A DNA stretch of 64,000 nt, taken from NCBI GenBank assembly GCA_963833985.1, contig CAWIAD010000002.1, positions 5,952,001 to 6,016,000 of the forward strand, in the 5' to 3' direction. Below the pieces are notes generated by a model, which had not been told where the DNA came from, did no database searches, and saw only the letters and a list, made by a program, of their open reading frames with translations. Positions 20,991 to 31,762 of the stretch are shown here, in pieces. Within the stretch, counting starts at the first letter, position 1; the number at the start of each line of letters is the position of its first letter. The stretch comes from an uncultured Planctomycetaceae bacterium. Its GTDB lineage: Bacteria > Planctomycetota > Planctomycetia > Isosphaerales > Isosphaeraceae. A program made the position numbers and the translations under genes.

Positions 20991-21611
20991 TCAATCCAGC
21001 AATGACGGTCTGCTGGCGGCAGCGGCGCCGGTGTCGTCCCACGACTCGGTTTCAAAGGCGTGCAGCTCGAAGTCTTGATCGGGGTAGGCGTCCGCGGGCA
21101 GGCCAGCCTTGCGGCGCAGGGCCTCCAGGAACTCCCCGGGCGTACGCAGGCCGAACCGCGCGGGGACTTCGGGCAGGAGCAGGCCGGAGCGCCGGCCCTG
21201 GACGATGAGCAGCCCGTGGCGGCCCAGGACGACCTCGTCCAGGCGGATCGGTTGGAGAGGCGTCAGGGCGCTGATGCGGATGGTCAGGTCCGGCAGTTCG
21301 TCCGCGGTGACGGTCTGGAACCGCAGGTCGTCGGTGGCCGTGGCAATCGCCTGCTGGACGGCGGACTCGATGAGCGGCCGGCTCGGCCGGCACTCGCCGC
21401 GGCAGCCGCGAAGCTCGCCCGAGTCGCGCCGGCGGAGCGTGACGAAGCTGCCGCGGTGCTCCAGCAGGCAAGGCGCGTCAGTCCGATAGCCGGGGCTCGC
21501 GCCGGACCGGAGATACTCACAGAGAGTGTTCCTGACGACCTCGAGCAGGAACCGCCGTTCTCGTGGGCCGATGGGGAGCATGATCCTGGGCCTTGCTTGT
21601 TCGTCGCTCAC
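20991..21611 (-). CDS. AMMECR1-domain protein (AmmeMemoRadiSam system protein A family)
   Basis: G.FVTL....GELRGCRG (canonical LRGCIG), A..D.RF..V...EL..L.I.IS.LTP, G.HGL.I..G.RSGLLLPEV, KAGLP. Confidence 0.88.
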   Translation of the reverse strand: MSDEQARPRIMLPIGPRERRFLLEVVRNTLCEYLRSGASPGYRTDAPCLLEHRGSFVTLRRRDSGELRGCRGECRPSRPLIESAVQQAIATATDDLRFQTVTADELPDLTIRISALTPLQPIRLDEVVLGRHGLLIVQGRRSGLLLPEVPARFGLRTPGEFLEALRRKAGLPADAYPDQDFELHAFETESWDDTGAAAASRPSLLD

Positions 21612-22482
21612 GTCCCTGGAGCTTCGGATCCGAATCGTTCGGTGAGTGCGTATTTCTCTTCGACGCCGATCAGCTCGTTGAACTCGGCGAAGGTCATCAA
21701 CCCCGCTGGTGCATGCTGCGTTGTTCCTTCTTCCTTGAGCGTGCGGTACATCGTCTCGATGCTGCGGGCGGCCGCGAACAGCGCACTCAGGGGATAGAGG
21801 ATGAGGTGGAAGCCCAGCTCGATGAGCCGCTCCTTCGGCAGCACGGGCGTCCTGCCTCCCTCGATCATGTTCGCCACGTTGGGCGCGGGCGAATGCTTGC
21901 CGATGCTCTTGAGGTCCTCGAGCGAGGTCGGCGCCTCCACGAAGCTGGCATCGGCACCGGCCTCGCGCCGCCCTCCACGCGGCGGATCGCCTCGTCCAGA
22001 CTCACGGCGCCCAGGGCGTCGGTGCGCGCCACGATGAAGAAGTCGCGGTTGCCCCGGGCATCAACCGCGGCGCGGATCTTCTGGATGTAGTCGTGGCGGT
22101 CGATCACCTTCTTGCTGCGCATGTGGCCGCACCGCTTGGGCCAGACCTGGTCTTCCAGAAAACACCCCGCTGCGCCGGCCGCGATCAGCTCGTGCACGGT
22201 CCGGTGCACGTTCACCGGGTTGCCATAGCCGGTGTCGGCATCGACGATGATGGGAAGGTTCACGCTCATGCAGATGCGGCGGGCGCGGTCGATCATCTCG
22301 GTCTGCGTCAGGAGCCCCATGTCGGGCTCGCCGATCGCCGTGGCCGCCACCGAGTAACCCGACACGAAGGCCATTGGAAAGCCGGTGCGCTGGGCAATCT
22401 TCGCCGAGAGCGTGTCATAAACTCCTGGAAAGGCCAGCGCCCCGACCTCGCTCAGAATGCGGTGAACTCGCGTGTCTCTCAT
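21608..22482 (-). CDS. Isocitrate lyase/PEP mutase family enzyme (methylisocitrate lyase-like), frameshifted near 21965
   Basis: PGVYDTLSA, G.PDMGLLT, IIVDADTGYG, LEDQVWPKRCGH, IVARTDA; C-terminal FVEAP and ANMIEGGRTP lie in the second frame. Confidence 0.88.
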
Positions 22483-22678
22483 GGCTGGTTCCAGTACGAT
22501 CTTGACGACCCGCGGACCACGCTGTGATGCGATCCGCCCACCAAGCGCCATTGGACATCGTGCCTCGGGCCGGCACAAGTGGGCTGACCCGCTGCTCCAT
22601 TGCAAGCCGTGCCGCCGGCCCGGAACATGAGCCGTGTGTTTCATGCCCTTGTTCCGGCCCGAACAGTCAGGTGCTGCC

Positions 22679-23368
22679 ATGCCTTTACTCGATGGTTGCG
22701 TTCTCTGCCGGTGGCTGGTGCTCCTCATGCTGGCGGTCACCGCGGGCGGTGCTCCGCGGCAACCCGCGGCCGGCGCCCCGCCCGCTCGGAGCCTGTTTGA
22801 CGGCCAGAGCCTGGCAGGCTGGAAGAAATGCGACTTTTACAAGGCCGGCGATGTGAAGGTTCAGGACGGCGTGATCGTGATGTCCAGGGGCACCTCCATG
22901 TCCGGCATTACCACCACGCGGCAGGATCTGCCGACCACAGACTATGAATTGAGCTACGAGGCCATGCGGCTGGAGGGCCGCGATTTCTTCGCCGCGGCGA
23001 CGTTTCCCGTTGGCAAGTCGTTCATCACGCTGGTCAACGGCGGCTGGGGCGGCGGCGTGACGGGCCTATCGAGCCTCGATGGCATGGATGCCTCCGAGAA
23101 CGACACCACGCGATCCGTAACTTATCAGAACAAGACATGGTATCGCTTCCGCGTCCGGGTCACCGACAAGATGATCCGCTGCCTGATCGACGACAAGGAG
23201 GTCGTTGCCGTCGCCCACCGCGACCGCCGCGTGTCGACCCGCATCGAGACTCGCCGCAACCAACCGCTGGGCTTCGCCACCTATGAAAGCACCGGCGCGG
23301 TGCGGCAGATCGAGATCCGGCCGCTCACGGCGGCGGAGATTGCCGAGATCGACAAGTTTGAAGAGTGA
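22679..23368 (+). CDS. DUF1080 (3-keto-disaccharide hydrolase-like) exported protein
   Basis: Signal peptide, SLFDGQSLAGW, GGWGG.VTGLSSLDG.DASEN.T. Confidence 0.8.
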   Translation: MPLLDGCVLCRWLVLLMLAVTAGGAPRQPAAGAPPARSLFDGQSLAGWKKCDFYKAGDVKVQDGVIVMSRGTSMSGITTTRQDLPTTDYELSYEAMRLEGRDFFAAATFPVGKSFITLVNGGWGGGVTGLSSLDGMDASENDTTRSVTYQNKTWYRFRVRVTDKMIRCLIDDKEVVAVAHRDRRVSTRIETRRNQPLGFATYESTGAVRQIEIRPLTAAEIAEIDKFEE

Positions 23369-23413
23369 CCCGGCTTACCCTGGTCGCACGACGAGTCAGA
23401 AGACTCCCGTGCT

Positions 23414-25993
23414 TCACCAAATGTCGTGGCCGGACAGGGCCCTGATGTCAGTAGTGGCCCTGTGCCAGACCTCGCTGTGCAGGCTTTTCGTGGGAGTTGC
23501 CAGGGACTGGCCGACATCCAGCCTGGCGAAATCGCTGAAACGGTTAAGCTGTTCCGTCAGGGGCACTCGCTCGATCCGCGCCACTGCGGCGCGGGGATCA
23601 ATCATCGACCAGTCCAGAATAACCGATCTCAGCTCTTCGAGTTCGCTGTCGTCAGCCTGCTCGAGCAGGGCCCCCACGGGCTTGAACAACGCCACGGCCA
23701 CTTCACGGTCGTACCAGCTCAGCAATCCGCTCAGACGGCTGAGCGTCCAGGTATCTGAAAAGCGTAGGTCGCCCATGAGGGAGGGCCTGATGGCCAGGCC
23801 CCGCCAGAAAATCTCGGGTACCAAGGCCGGGTCGATCTGCTCGACCAGAGGTAGCAGGATCCAGGAGAATCTTCGAACGGCCGGATCGTTCGATCCCTCT
23901 TTCATCCGGCTTTCGATTCCGGCGATGGCCTTCCAGAACGCTTCGATCGCGGCCCCAGGGTCGCGAGCATTGAGCCCGTAAGCCAGGAACAGATAGGCCT
24001 CTGGATCATCATCGTAGTGCTGTGATTCGTCCACCAGCCTTCGGGTTCGTGCCGGATCGGTTGCGGCCATCTTCCAGGCGATCGCGGGATGAAGCCATTG
24101 CCGTCCCGGCACCTGGGGAATCAACCTCAGCAATCGCTCGGCCTCGGCGGGGTTCTCCGCGGCCAGGTGGAAGGCCATGTCGCCATAGACCTCAATCGCG
24201 TCACTCGGGTCGACGTCCACCAAGTTCTTTGCGACGCGGAGGGCCTCCGCCATGTCGACATGGGCAAGCCGGGCGGCGAACCGGCCGCGAATGATGCTTG
24301 AGGCATCCGGTCGCTGGCGGACGCTTTCCGCGAAGAGCGCTTTGGCCTGCTCTTTCTCTCCCAGCTCGTACCATCGTTCGGCGACCTCGGCCGCGAAATA
24401 CTGGGAATTTGCTTCTTTGACTCGGCGTGAAGCACGGGCAACCCATGCGAGCTTCCGATTGCGCTCATTGTCCGGGAGAGCATCGGCCAGAGACACAAGA
24501 CTCGTAATGCGGTTCCTGGGCGTTTCGGCGGACTCGGCCGATTCGGAGATCTCCCGTGCTCGTTCAGGGTCCGTCCGAGCCAGCGCTCGGGCCACCATGA
24601 ACTTGACACCCGCAATGTACGTCGGAGACAAGGTGTCCTGCGCCTCGAGCCTTTGCAAGACACCCTCAGGATCGGCGGCGGCCATGTAACGCAGTACGTG
24701 CACCATCGCGTTCTCGTTCTTCCGAACCACGGCCGCTTGCCAGTATGGCTCCAATAGCCGCATCGCCAGTGCCCGCGATTCCTCGAGTGGAATCGGCGGG
24801 GGCAGCATTCGCATCTCGGGCGCCGGGCGCTCGTTTCTGCGTATCAGCTTCACACACAGGCTCTCCTCTCCGGGCTTGACCAGCCGCCCGAAGAAGCGAA
24901 AGCCCTCAGCGCGAGCGAAGAGAAACACCGGCCCTTGGCGAAAACCGCCGAGCGAGAATCGGCCCTCCTTGTCGGTCTTCGTCGCCGTTCGCTCCGGCCC
25001 GTCACCCGACTGGAAGACGTCCACATCGGCCAGCGGCTTGCCTTGCCGATCGACCACCTGGCCGGTGAGCGTACGCAGCGGACGCTGGATCAAGGGAAGC
25101 AGGACGCGCGGCTGGTTCTCGATGGTGATCCACTTCGTCCATACAGATTCGAAGCCCGTCGCGCGGACCACCAGTCGATATTTCGAGCCGACGAGCAAGT
25201 TGTCCGGAGTGCGGAACGATCCATCCGCTCTGGTTCGCAAGGGGCTGTTCTTGAACTCGACGGTATGGGGCGGCAGATAGGTGCTTCCTTTGGACCAGAT
25301 CTCGATGACCTGGCTCGCGACCGGCTTCCCCGCGCTATTCCGCACATGGCCGGCCAGGTTACTCGTTGGTTTCAGCCGGATCGTCCCCGTCTCGGGCGGC
25401 GCAGCGCGGGGATTGTCGAAGAGCGCCAGGTTTTGCGTGCCGATCAATTCGGCCGAGATGCGCACCGCGCCCAGACGATCGCCGCCGGCCAGGTAATCGA
25501 TCTTCGCCTGGCCATCCGGCCCGGTCGTCACGGCCAGCCGCCTGGCGAGCGAGGGAGGCACGGTCTCAAACGCGGTCAGTCCGGCGGTCAAGATCAGTCG
25601 AGGGGAAACAATCGCGCCGGCCATCGGCCGGCCGTCGGAACCTTCAATTCGGATTGTCTTCGGCAACGGCTTCCGCAAGACCAGGTTCGCGGATTGCCTG
25701 GATCGCGGTACGGATGTCACCGCGCGGCCCGGCCGGAAGGCCCAGACGCGGGATCGATTCATGGTGAGCGGTACGATTGGAGGAAGCGCGAAATGGAATT
25801 GCCCATCGGCGTCGGTCCTTGTCTCCATCTCCAGTACCTGTCCGCTACCGTCGGTGTGAGGCGGAAGAGAGAAGATGACCAGGGCATCGGCGACCGGCTT
25901 GCCCTGCTCGTCGACGGCTTTGCTCTCGATCGTCATGCCCTGTGCCTGAGCGATAAGGAGCGTTGCCAGGACCGAACCAAAAAACCTTGTCAT
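23414..25993 (-). CDS. Exported protein with carboxypeptidase-regulatory-like beta-sandwich repeats and a helical C-terminus
   Basis: Signal peptide MTRFFGSVLATLLIAQAQG; repeated G.VVD..GKP.A...V and T.TD.DG.F motifs. Confidence 0.75.
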   Translation of the reverse strand: MTRFFGSVLATLLIAQAQGMTIESKAVDEQGKPVADALVIFSLPPHTDGSGQVLEMETRTDADGQFHFALPPIVPLTMNRSRVWAFRPGRAVTSVPRSRQSANLVLRKPLPKTIRIEGSDGRPMAGAIVSPRLILTAGLTAFETVPPSLARRLAVTTGPDGQAKIDYLAGGDRLGAVRISAELIGTQNLALFDNPRAAPPETGTIRLKPTSNLAGHVRNSAGKPVASQVIEIWSKGSTYLPPHTVEFKNSPLRTRADGSFRTPDNLLVGSKYRLVVRATGFESVWTKWITIENQPRVLLPLIQRPLRTLTGQVVDRQGKPLADVDVFQSGDGPERTATKTDKEGRFSLGGFRQGPVFLFARAEGFRFFGRLVKPGEESLCVKLIRRNERPAPEMRMLPPPIPLEESRALAMRLLEPYWQAAVVRKNENAMVHVLRYMAAADPEGVLQRLEAQDTLSPTYIAGVKFMVARALARTDPERAREISESAESAETPRNRITSLVSLADALPDNERNRKLAWVARASRRVKEANSQYFAAEVAERWYELGEKEQAKALFAESVRQRPDASSIIRGRFAARLAHVDMAEALRVAKNLVDVDPSDAIEVYGDMAFHLAAENPAEAERLLRLIPQVPGRQWLHPAIAWKMAATDPARTRRLVDESQHYDDDPEAYLFLAYGLNARDPGAAIEAFWKAIAGIESRMKEGSNDPAVRRFSWILLPLVEQIDPALVPEIFWRGLAIRPSLMGDLRFSDTWTLSRLSGLLSWYDREVAVALFKPVGALLEQADDSELEELRSVILDWSMIDPRAAVARIERVPLTEQLNRFSDFARLDVGQSLATPTKSLHSEVWHRATTDIRALSGHDIW

Positions 25994-26194
25994 CGCATGA
26001 GCTCCGCACGGTGCACCATACGCATGATCCTTCGTCAGGCAATCTGAAGCATACCGCACTTGCGGACTTGTCGCATCAACACAGCAATCTCCTGCCTCCC
26101 GCCCATTGCGACCGGAGCCGGCCTTGTCCCGGCGGGGCGTTGGCCCTGATACTGAATTCTTCCGCTTTGCACCAACCCGGGGAATGCCAGCGTC

Positions 26195-27494
26195 ATGGAG
26201 CCAGACCCGACCGAGCCGGCCGATCATGAGGATCGGGACGACGAATCCCAGCCCGTAGTCACCCCCCACGACCCGTACACGGTACTGCGCGATGCGAACT
26301 TCCGGCGGCTGGTGCTGGCGGGGATGGTGGCGACGATCGGCAACCAGATGCAGGGCGTGGCCATTGGCTGGGAGCTCTATGAGCGGACCAGCGACCCCTT
26401 GATGCTGGGGATGGTCGGGCTGGCCCAGGTGCTGCCGGTCATCTTGCTGGCCATCCCGGCCGGGCATGCGGCTGACCGGCACAGCCGCAAGGGGCTGATC
26501 ATTGCTGCCCAATCACTGCTCATCCTCGCGGCCGGTGGGCTGGCGCTGCTGTCGTTCTACCGCGGGCCGATCTGGCTGACGTACCTGCTGCTCGTGCTCA
26601 CGGGCGTGGGCCAGGCGATGCACCGCCCGGCGCGGTGGGCGATCTTGCCGCAGGTCGTACCGCGCGAGCTGTTGCTCTCGGCTGTGACGTGGAACACGAG
26701 CGCCTGGCAGATTGCCGCGATGGCCGGTCCCGCCCTGGGGGGGTTGGTCATCGCCCTGGCCCATGGTGCAACGCCCTGCTACGTGATCAACGCCGGCTGC
26801 TCGGCCGTCGTGATCCTGCTCACGGCGTCGCTGCGGTTCCGGGCCGCTCCGCGCGACATGGAGCCGGTGACCCTGAAAACGCTGCTGGCCGGGCTCAGCT
26901 TCGTGCTTCGCACCGACCTCATCCTGGCGACGATCACGCTCGACTTGCTGGCGGTATTCCTGGGCGGCGCCACGGCGCTCTTGCCCATCTACGCGCGCGA
27001 CATCCTTCAGATTGGGCCTACCGGCCTGGGCTGGCTGCGCCGCACCGTCGATCGGCTCATTCTTCATGGCGCTCATGCTGGCCCATCGCCCACCCATGCG
27101 CCAGGCGGGCAAGACCTTGCTCTGGGCCGTGGCCGGGTTCGGCGCCGCGACGGTGGTCTTCGGCCTTTCGATGAATCCCTATCTCTCCTTCGCCATGCTG
27201 CTCGTGACGGGCGCACTGGACAACATCAGCGTGGTCGTGCGGCAGACGCTCGTGCAGATGCTCACGCCCGACGAGATGCGCGGCCGAGTCTCGGCGATCA
27301 ACACGATCTTCATCGCCTCGTCGAACGAGCTGGGCGAGTTCGAGTCCGGCGTGGCTGCGCGCCTCTTCGGCACGGTGGCGTCGGTGGTCATCGGCGGCAT
27401 CGGCACGGTCCTCGTGGTGGCGGGCGTGGCGGCCGTCTGGCCGCGGATTGCCCGCCTGGGCTCACTGCACGACCTGGGCGTTACCAGGAGGTAA
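26195..27494 (+). CDS. MFS transporter (EntS/MFS_3-like), frameshifted near 27040
   Basis: Multiple TM helices; Q.VAIGW.LY..T, LDLLAVFLGGATALLPIYARDIL; second frame has MRGRVSAIN.IFI.SSNELGEFESG. Confidence 0.88.
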
Positions 27495-27599
27495 GCGGCG
27501 GTAACCGTCGGCCGCTCCACGGTGGGCAACCTCCGGAAAACCTGGTAACCTATCAAGGTCTACATCTGGCTTGACCTGCCTACCGTCGAGGTGATTCGC

Positions 27600-29036
27600 A
27601 TGCCTCGCCATGCCCAGCACGGCTCGAGAGACGGGCTCGGTTGCTCCCGCCGTGAGTTCCTCTGCCAGGCGGGAGGCGGCTTCGGCGCCATCGCGGCAAC
27701 CTGGCTGCTGGAGCAGCAGGCCAGTGCGGGCGCACCGGTCCATTCCGCCGCCCAGGCGCCCCATTTCGCGCCTCGCGCCATGCGCGTGATCTATCTCTTC
27801 ATGCACGGCGGGCCCAGCCACCTGGAGACTTTTGACCCCAAGCCTGAACTCCAGCGCCTGGGCGGTAAGCCCTTGCCTGCGAGTTTCGGCCAAGTGGCGA
27901 CCCGGCGCAAGGTGGCCGCGAACCCTTTGCTTGCCACGCGCCGCCGGTTCAGCCGTTGTGGCCGTTGTGGAATTCCCGTCTCAGACTTCCTTCCCAGAAT
28001 CGGCGAGTGCGCCGATGACCTCGCCGTGATCCGGTCGTGCTGGGCCGACAGCGTGAACCACCCGCAGGCCGTTTACCAGATGAACACCGGATCGGTGCTG
28101 ATGGGCAAGCCGAGCCTGGGAAGCTGGGTTGGCTATGGCCTGGGGACCGAGAACCAGGATCTGCCGGCCTTCGTCGTTCTGCCCGACCCCGCGGGAGGCA
28201 TCAAGGGCGGCCCTCCCGCTTACGGCGCAGGGTACTTGCCGGCGACCCACCAGGGCACCGTGATGCGCTCTGGCTCGGCATATCCGATCCTTGACCTGAA
28301 ACCCCCCGAAGGCACGTCCGACGCAGCCCAGCGCCGGATGCTTGACCTGGTGGGTAAGCTGAACGCCCGCCACCTTGCCGCCCGGGGTGATGATACGGAA
28401 CTGTCCGCGCGCATCCAGGCTTACGAGCTGGCCTATCGCATGCAGTCCGCCGCGCCCGAGGCCGTGGACCTGGCTCTGGAATCAGACGAGACACGCAGGC
28501 TTTACGGTCTGGATCGTCCCGAGACCGAAGAGTTCGGCAGGCGTTGCCTGCTGGCCCGCAGGCTGGTGGAGCGAGGAGTCCGGTTCGTCCAGCTCTATTC
28601 GGGCGACGTCAACGGCTGGGACGCTCACGACGATATCGAGGCCAACCACGCGCGCATGTGCGCCCGCACGGACCAGCCGATCGCGGGCTTGCTCAAGGAC
28701 CTGAAGCGCCGCGGGCTGCTCGAGGAGACGCTCGTGATCTGGGGCGGCGAGTTCGGCCGCATGCCGATGTCCGAGGGCGGCAAGGGCCGCGACCACAACC
28801 CGCACGGCTTCACGGTCTGGCTGGCGGGCGCCGGCATCAAGGGCGGGACAACCCACGGCGCCACCGACGCCGTCGGCCTCCGGGCCGAGGTGGACCGCGT
28901 GCACGTTCACGACCTGCACGCCACGATCCTGCACCTGCTGGGCCTGGACCACACCCGCTTGACCTCCCTCCATAATGGCCGCGAGGACCGCCTCACCGAC
29001 ACCGCGGGCAAGGTCATTCGCGCGGTTCTCGCCTGA
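27600..29036 (+). CDS. DUF1501 domain protein (Tat-exported, planctomycete-expanded)
   Basis: SRREFL twin-arginine motif; IYLFMHGGPSHLETFDPKP; LLARRLVERGVRFVQ; WGGEFGRMP; GRDHNP. Confidence 0.92.
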   Translation: MPRHAQHGSRDGLGCSRREFLCQAGGGFGAIAATWLLEQQASAGAPVHSAAQAPHFAPRAMRVIYLFMHGGPSHLETFDPKPELQRLGGKPLPASFGQVATRRKVAANPLLATRRRFSRCGRCGIPVSDFLPRIGECADDLAVIRSCWADSVNHPQAVYQMNTGSVLMGKPSLGSWVGYGLGTENQDLPAFVVLPDPAGGIKGGPPAYGAGYLPATHQGTVMRSGSAYPILDLKPPEGTSDAAQRRMLDLVGKLNARHLAARGDDTELSARIQAYELAYRMQSAAPEAVDLALESDETRRLYGLDRPETEEFGRRCLLARRLVERGVRFVQLYSGDVNGWDAHDDIEANHARMCARTDQPIAGLLKDLKRRGLLEETLVIWGGEFGRMPMSEGGKGRDHNPHGFTVWLAGAGIKGGTTHGATDAVGLRAEVDRVHVHDLHATILHLLGLDHTRLTSLHNGREDRLTDTAGKVIRAVLA

Positions 29037-29133
29037 GCGAGCACAAACGAGCACAGCATGCCCCGACCTGCCCCGATTCAGGAACGCATCGGAGTTCAAG
29101 CTGGACGACCGCGACTGCCACATTAGCCTCTGA

Positions 29134-29256
29134 CGTGGGACAAGTTTTCATTCTTGTCTCTTGAATTCTTCTGCGAATCTATCTCTTGGTTCAATAAATA
29201 ATAAAGCATTCGCACGACATTCTTATTGAGCGACAAGATTGGAATCTTGACCCACG
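29134..29256. repeat. REPIN-like element: inverted pair of 25-bp palindromic units around an AT-rich spacer
   Basis: CGTGGGACAAGTTTTCATTCTTGTC (29134-29158) matches the reverse complement of 29232-29256 (CGTGGGTCAAGATTCCAATCTTGTC) at 21/25. Each unit is itself a CAAG...CTTG hairpin. Confidence 0.65.
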
Positions 29257-29276
29257 AGAGGTGAGAGGTGGGCATC

Positions 29277-31455
29277 ATGGGACAGGCTTTGAGAATCCTC
29301 CCCCTGCTTGTGACGCTTTGCATCCTTGCCGCGGGTCCGTGCCCGGGCCAGGAGCTTCGTATCCCGGAGCCGCCGATTACCGCTGAGGAGCGCGCGCACT
29401 GGGCATTCCAGCCCGTGGCGCGGCCCGAGGTGCCGGCCGTCCGGGAGCGCGGATGGTGCCGCAACCCGATCGACGCCTTCGTCGCGGCCAGGCTGGAGGC
29501 CAGGGGCATGCGGCCGGCGGCCGAGGCCGGCAAGCTGACGCTGATTCGCCGTTTGAGCTTCGACCTCACGGGGCTGCCGCCGTATCCCGAGGAGATCGAG
29601 CGGTTCCTGGGGGACGGCTCCGCCAATGCGTACGAGAAGCTCGTCGACCTTCTGCTGGCCAGCCCGCAGTACGGGGTGCGATGGGCCCAGTCCTGGCTGG
29701 ACCTGGCGCGCTACGCCGATACCGACGGCTTCGAGTTCGACCAGGCGCGCCCCAACGCCTGGCGGTATCGCGACTGGGTGGTCGACAGCCTGAACCACGA
29801 CCTGCCTTACGACCAGTTCGTCCGGCTGCAACTGGCCGGTGACGAGATCGCCCCCGAAGATCCGGCGGCGTACGTCGCCACCGGCTTCAATCGTTGCTAC
29901 CCGGACATGATTGACCTTAACGACCAGGGGTTGAGGCGGCAGAACGCGCTGAACGACATCACGGAGACGACGGGCCTTGTCTTCCTTGGCCTCACGATCG
30001 GCTGCGCGGTGCCACGATCACAAGTTCGACCCGATTCGCCAGGTGGATTTCTATCGCCTGCAAGCGTTCTTCGCCGCGGCCCGGTTTCGCGACGACTATC
30101 CGCTGGCCTCGACCGAGCGGCGCCTGGCTCATGAACGGGCCGTCACGGCCTGGCGAGAGCAAGTTGCCGGCGTTCAGACGGAGATCCTCAGCATCGAGAA
30201 GCCGGTGCGAGACCATCTGGCGCCGGGCTTGCCGATGGGGGCACTCGATGACGCCGTGGCGGCCTACGAGAAGCCGGAGTCACAGCGCACGGCCGCGGAC
30301 GTCACGTTGGTCTACACATGGCTGCACGGTGACGGGCGCATCAAGGCCAGGGACTGGCCCCGGCTGCTGGACGAGCCAGCGCAGGCCCGGCGGCAAATGC
30401 TGCTGGAGCGCCTGGACCGGATCGACAAGGCTGCGCCCCCTGCCCTGCCGACCGCACGGGGAATAGACGAGCCTGACCGCAAGGCTCCGCCGACCTACTT
30501 CTTGAGGCGCGGCGAATACACCGCGCGCGGACCGGCCGTGGCGCCGGCGTTTCCGGCCGTGCTCGCGACCGACCCGCCGGTGATTGCAGGCCGTGGCGGC
30601 ACGACCGGGCGTCGCCGCGCTCTGGCGGAATGGCTGACGCGCGGCGATCATCCGCTCACGGCCCGGGTGATGGCCAACCGGCTCTGGCAGGGCCATTTCG
30701 GCCGGGGTCTGGTCGGCACGTCCAGCGATTTCGGCAAGATGGGCGATGAACCGAGCCATCCCGAGCTGCTCGACTGGCTGGCCAGCGAGCTGGTGGCGCG
30801 GCACTGGAGCCTGAAGACCCTGCAACGGTTGATCGTCACCAGCGCGACCTACCGGCAGTCCTCGCAATCGACGGATACCAGCAGGGCCGATCCGGAGAAC
30901 CTCCTGCTGTCGCATCAGAACCGGCGCAGGCTGGACGGAGAGGCCATTCGCGATGCACTGCTGGCGGCCTCGGGCCGGTTGAACCCGGCGCTCGGCGGGC
31001 CGGGCGTCTTTCCGCCTCTGCCCGCGGAGCTCACGAAGCTCTCGAGCAAGGGCGCGGTCTGGCCGGTCTCGCCGAGAATCGAGGATTGCCGCAGGCGGAG
31101 TCTCTACGTGTTCGTGAGGCGCAACCTGCGGTATCCCTTCTTCGAGGCCTTCGACCGCCCCGATACCAACGTGAGCTGCCCAGGCAGGCCGGTCACCACC
31201 AGCGCGCCGCAGGCCCTCAGCCTGATGAACAGCCGCCTGGCCGCCGAGGCCGCGGCTGCCATTGCCGAGCGCACACGCGCGCAGGACGAGTGCAACCCCG
31301 CCGCGCGGGTCCGGCGCGCGTATGTCCTCACGCTGGGGCGTCCGCCCGATGCGGCCGAGCAGGCACTGGCACTCGCGTTTCTGGATTCCGGAGCGACCTT
31401 CAAGGATCTCTGCCTCGCGCTCATCAACGCGAACGAGTTCCTCTACATCGATTGA
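29277..31455 (+). CDS. DUF1549/DUF1553 (PSD1) domain protein, frameshifted near 30008
   Basis: HWAFQP, NPIDAFV, LIRRLSFDLTGLPP, WLDLARYADT; GLTIGCA(R)CHDHKFDPI across the frameshift; HPLTARV.ANRLW, HPELLDWLA, RRLD.EAIRD. Confidence 0.9.
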
Positions 31456-31762
31456 CGACCATGGGGTCGTGATCCCCGGCTAGATGAATCTCCCGGGCAG
31501 TGGCTTGTATTGCCCCGGTCGAGGCTCTAAGGTGCAAGCATGAGCAGAGCCCCTGGCGGGCATGACGCGTGCGGGCCGCGTGACAGCGGTCGCTGGACGC
31601 CTCGTGTCGCCTGACCTTCCTTGCTCCCTCCCGCCCCGTGGTTCGTGCGTCCCTCCGGATGATGATCGTTGCTTGCGGGTGTGCCGCCTGAGCCGCGGCG
31701 CCGATCGGGGCAAGGCGCCGGGTATGTCCAGCGGACTGAAGCGCCAACGAGGAGGACTTGCC

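Noticed and set aside
27519..27586. 10-bp imperfect inverted repeat ACGGTGGGCA / TGCCTACCGT upstream of the DUF1501 gene
   Set aside because: Short, with no second copy in the window; it may be a decayed REP pair but cannot be supported.
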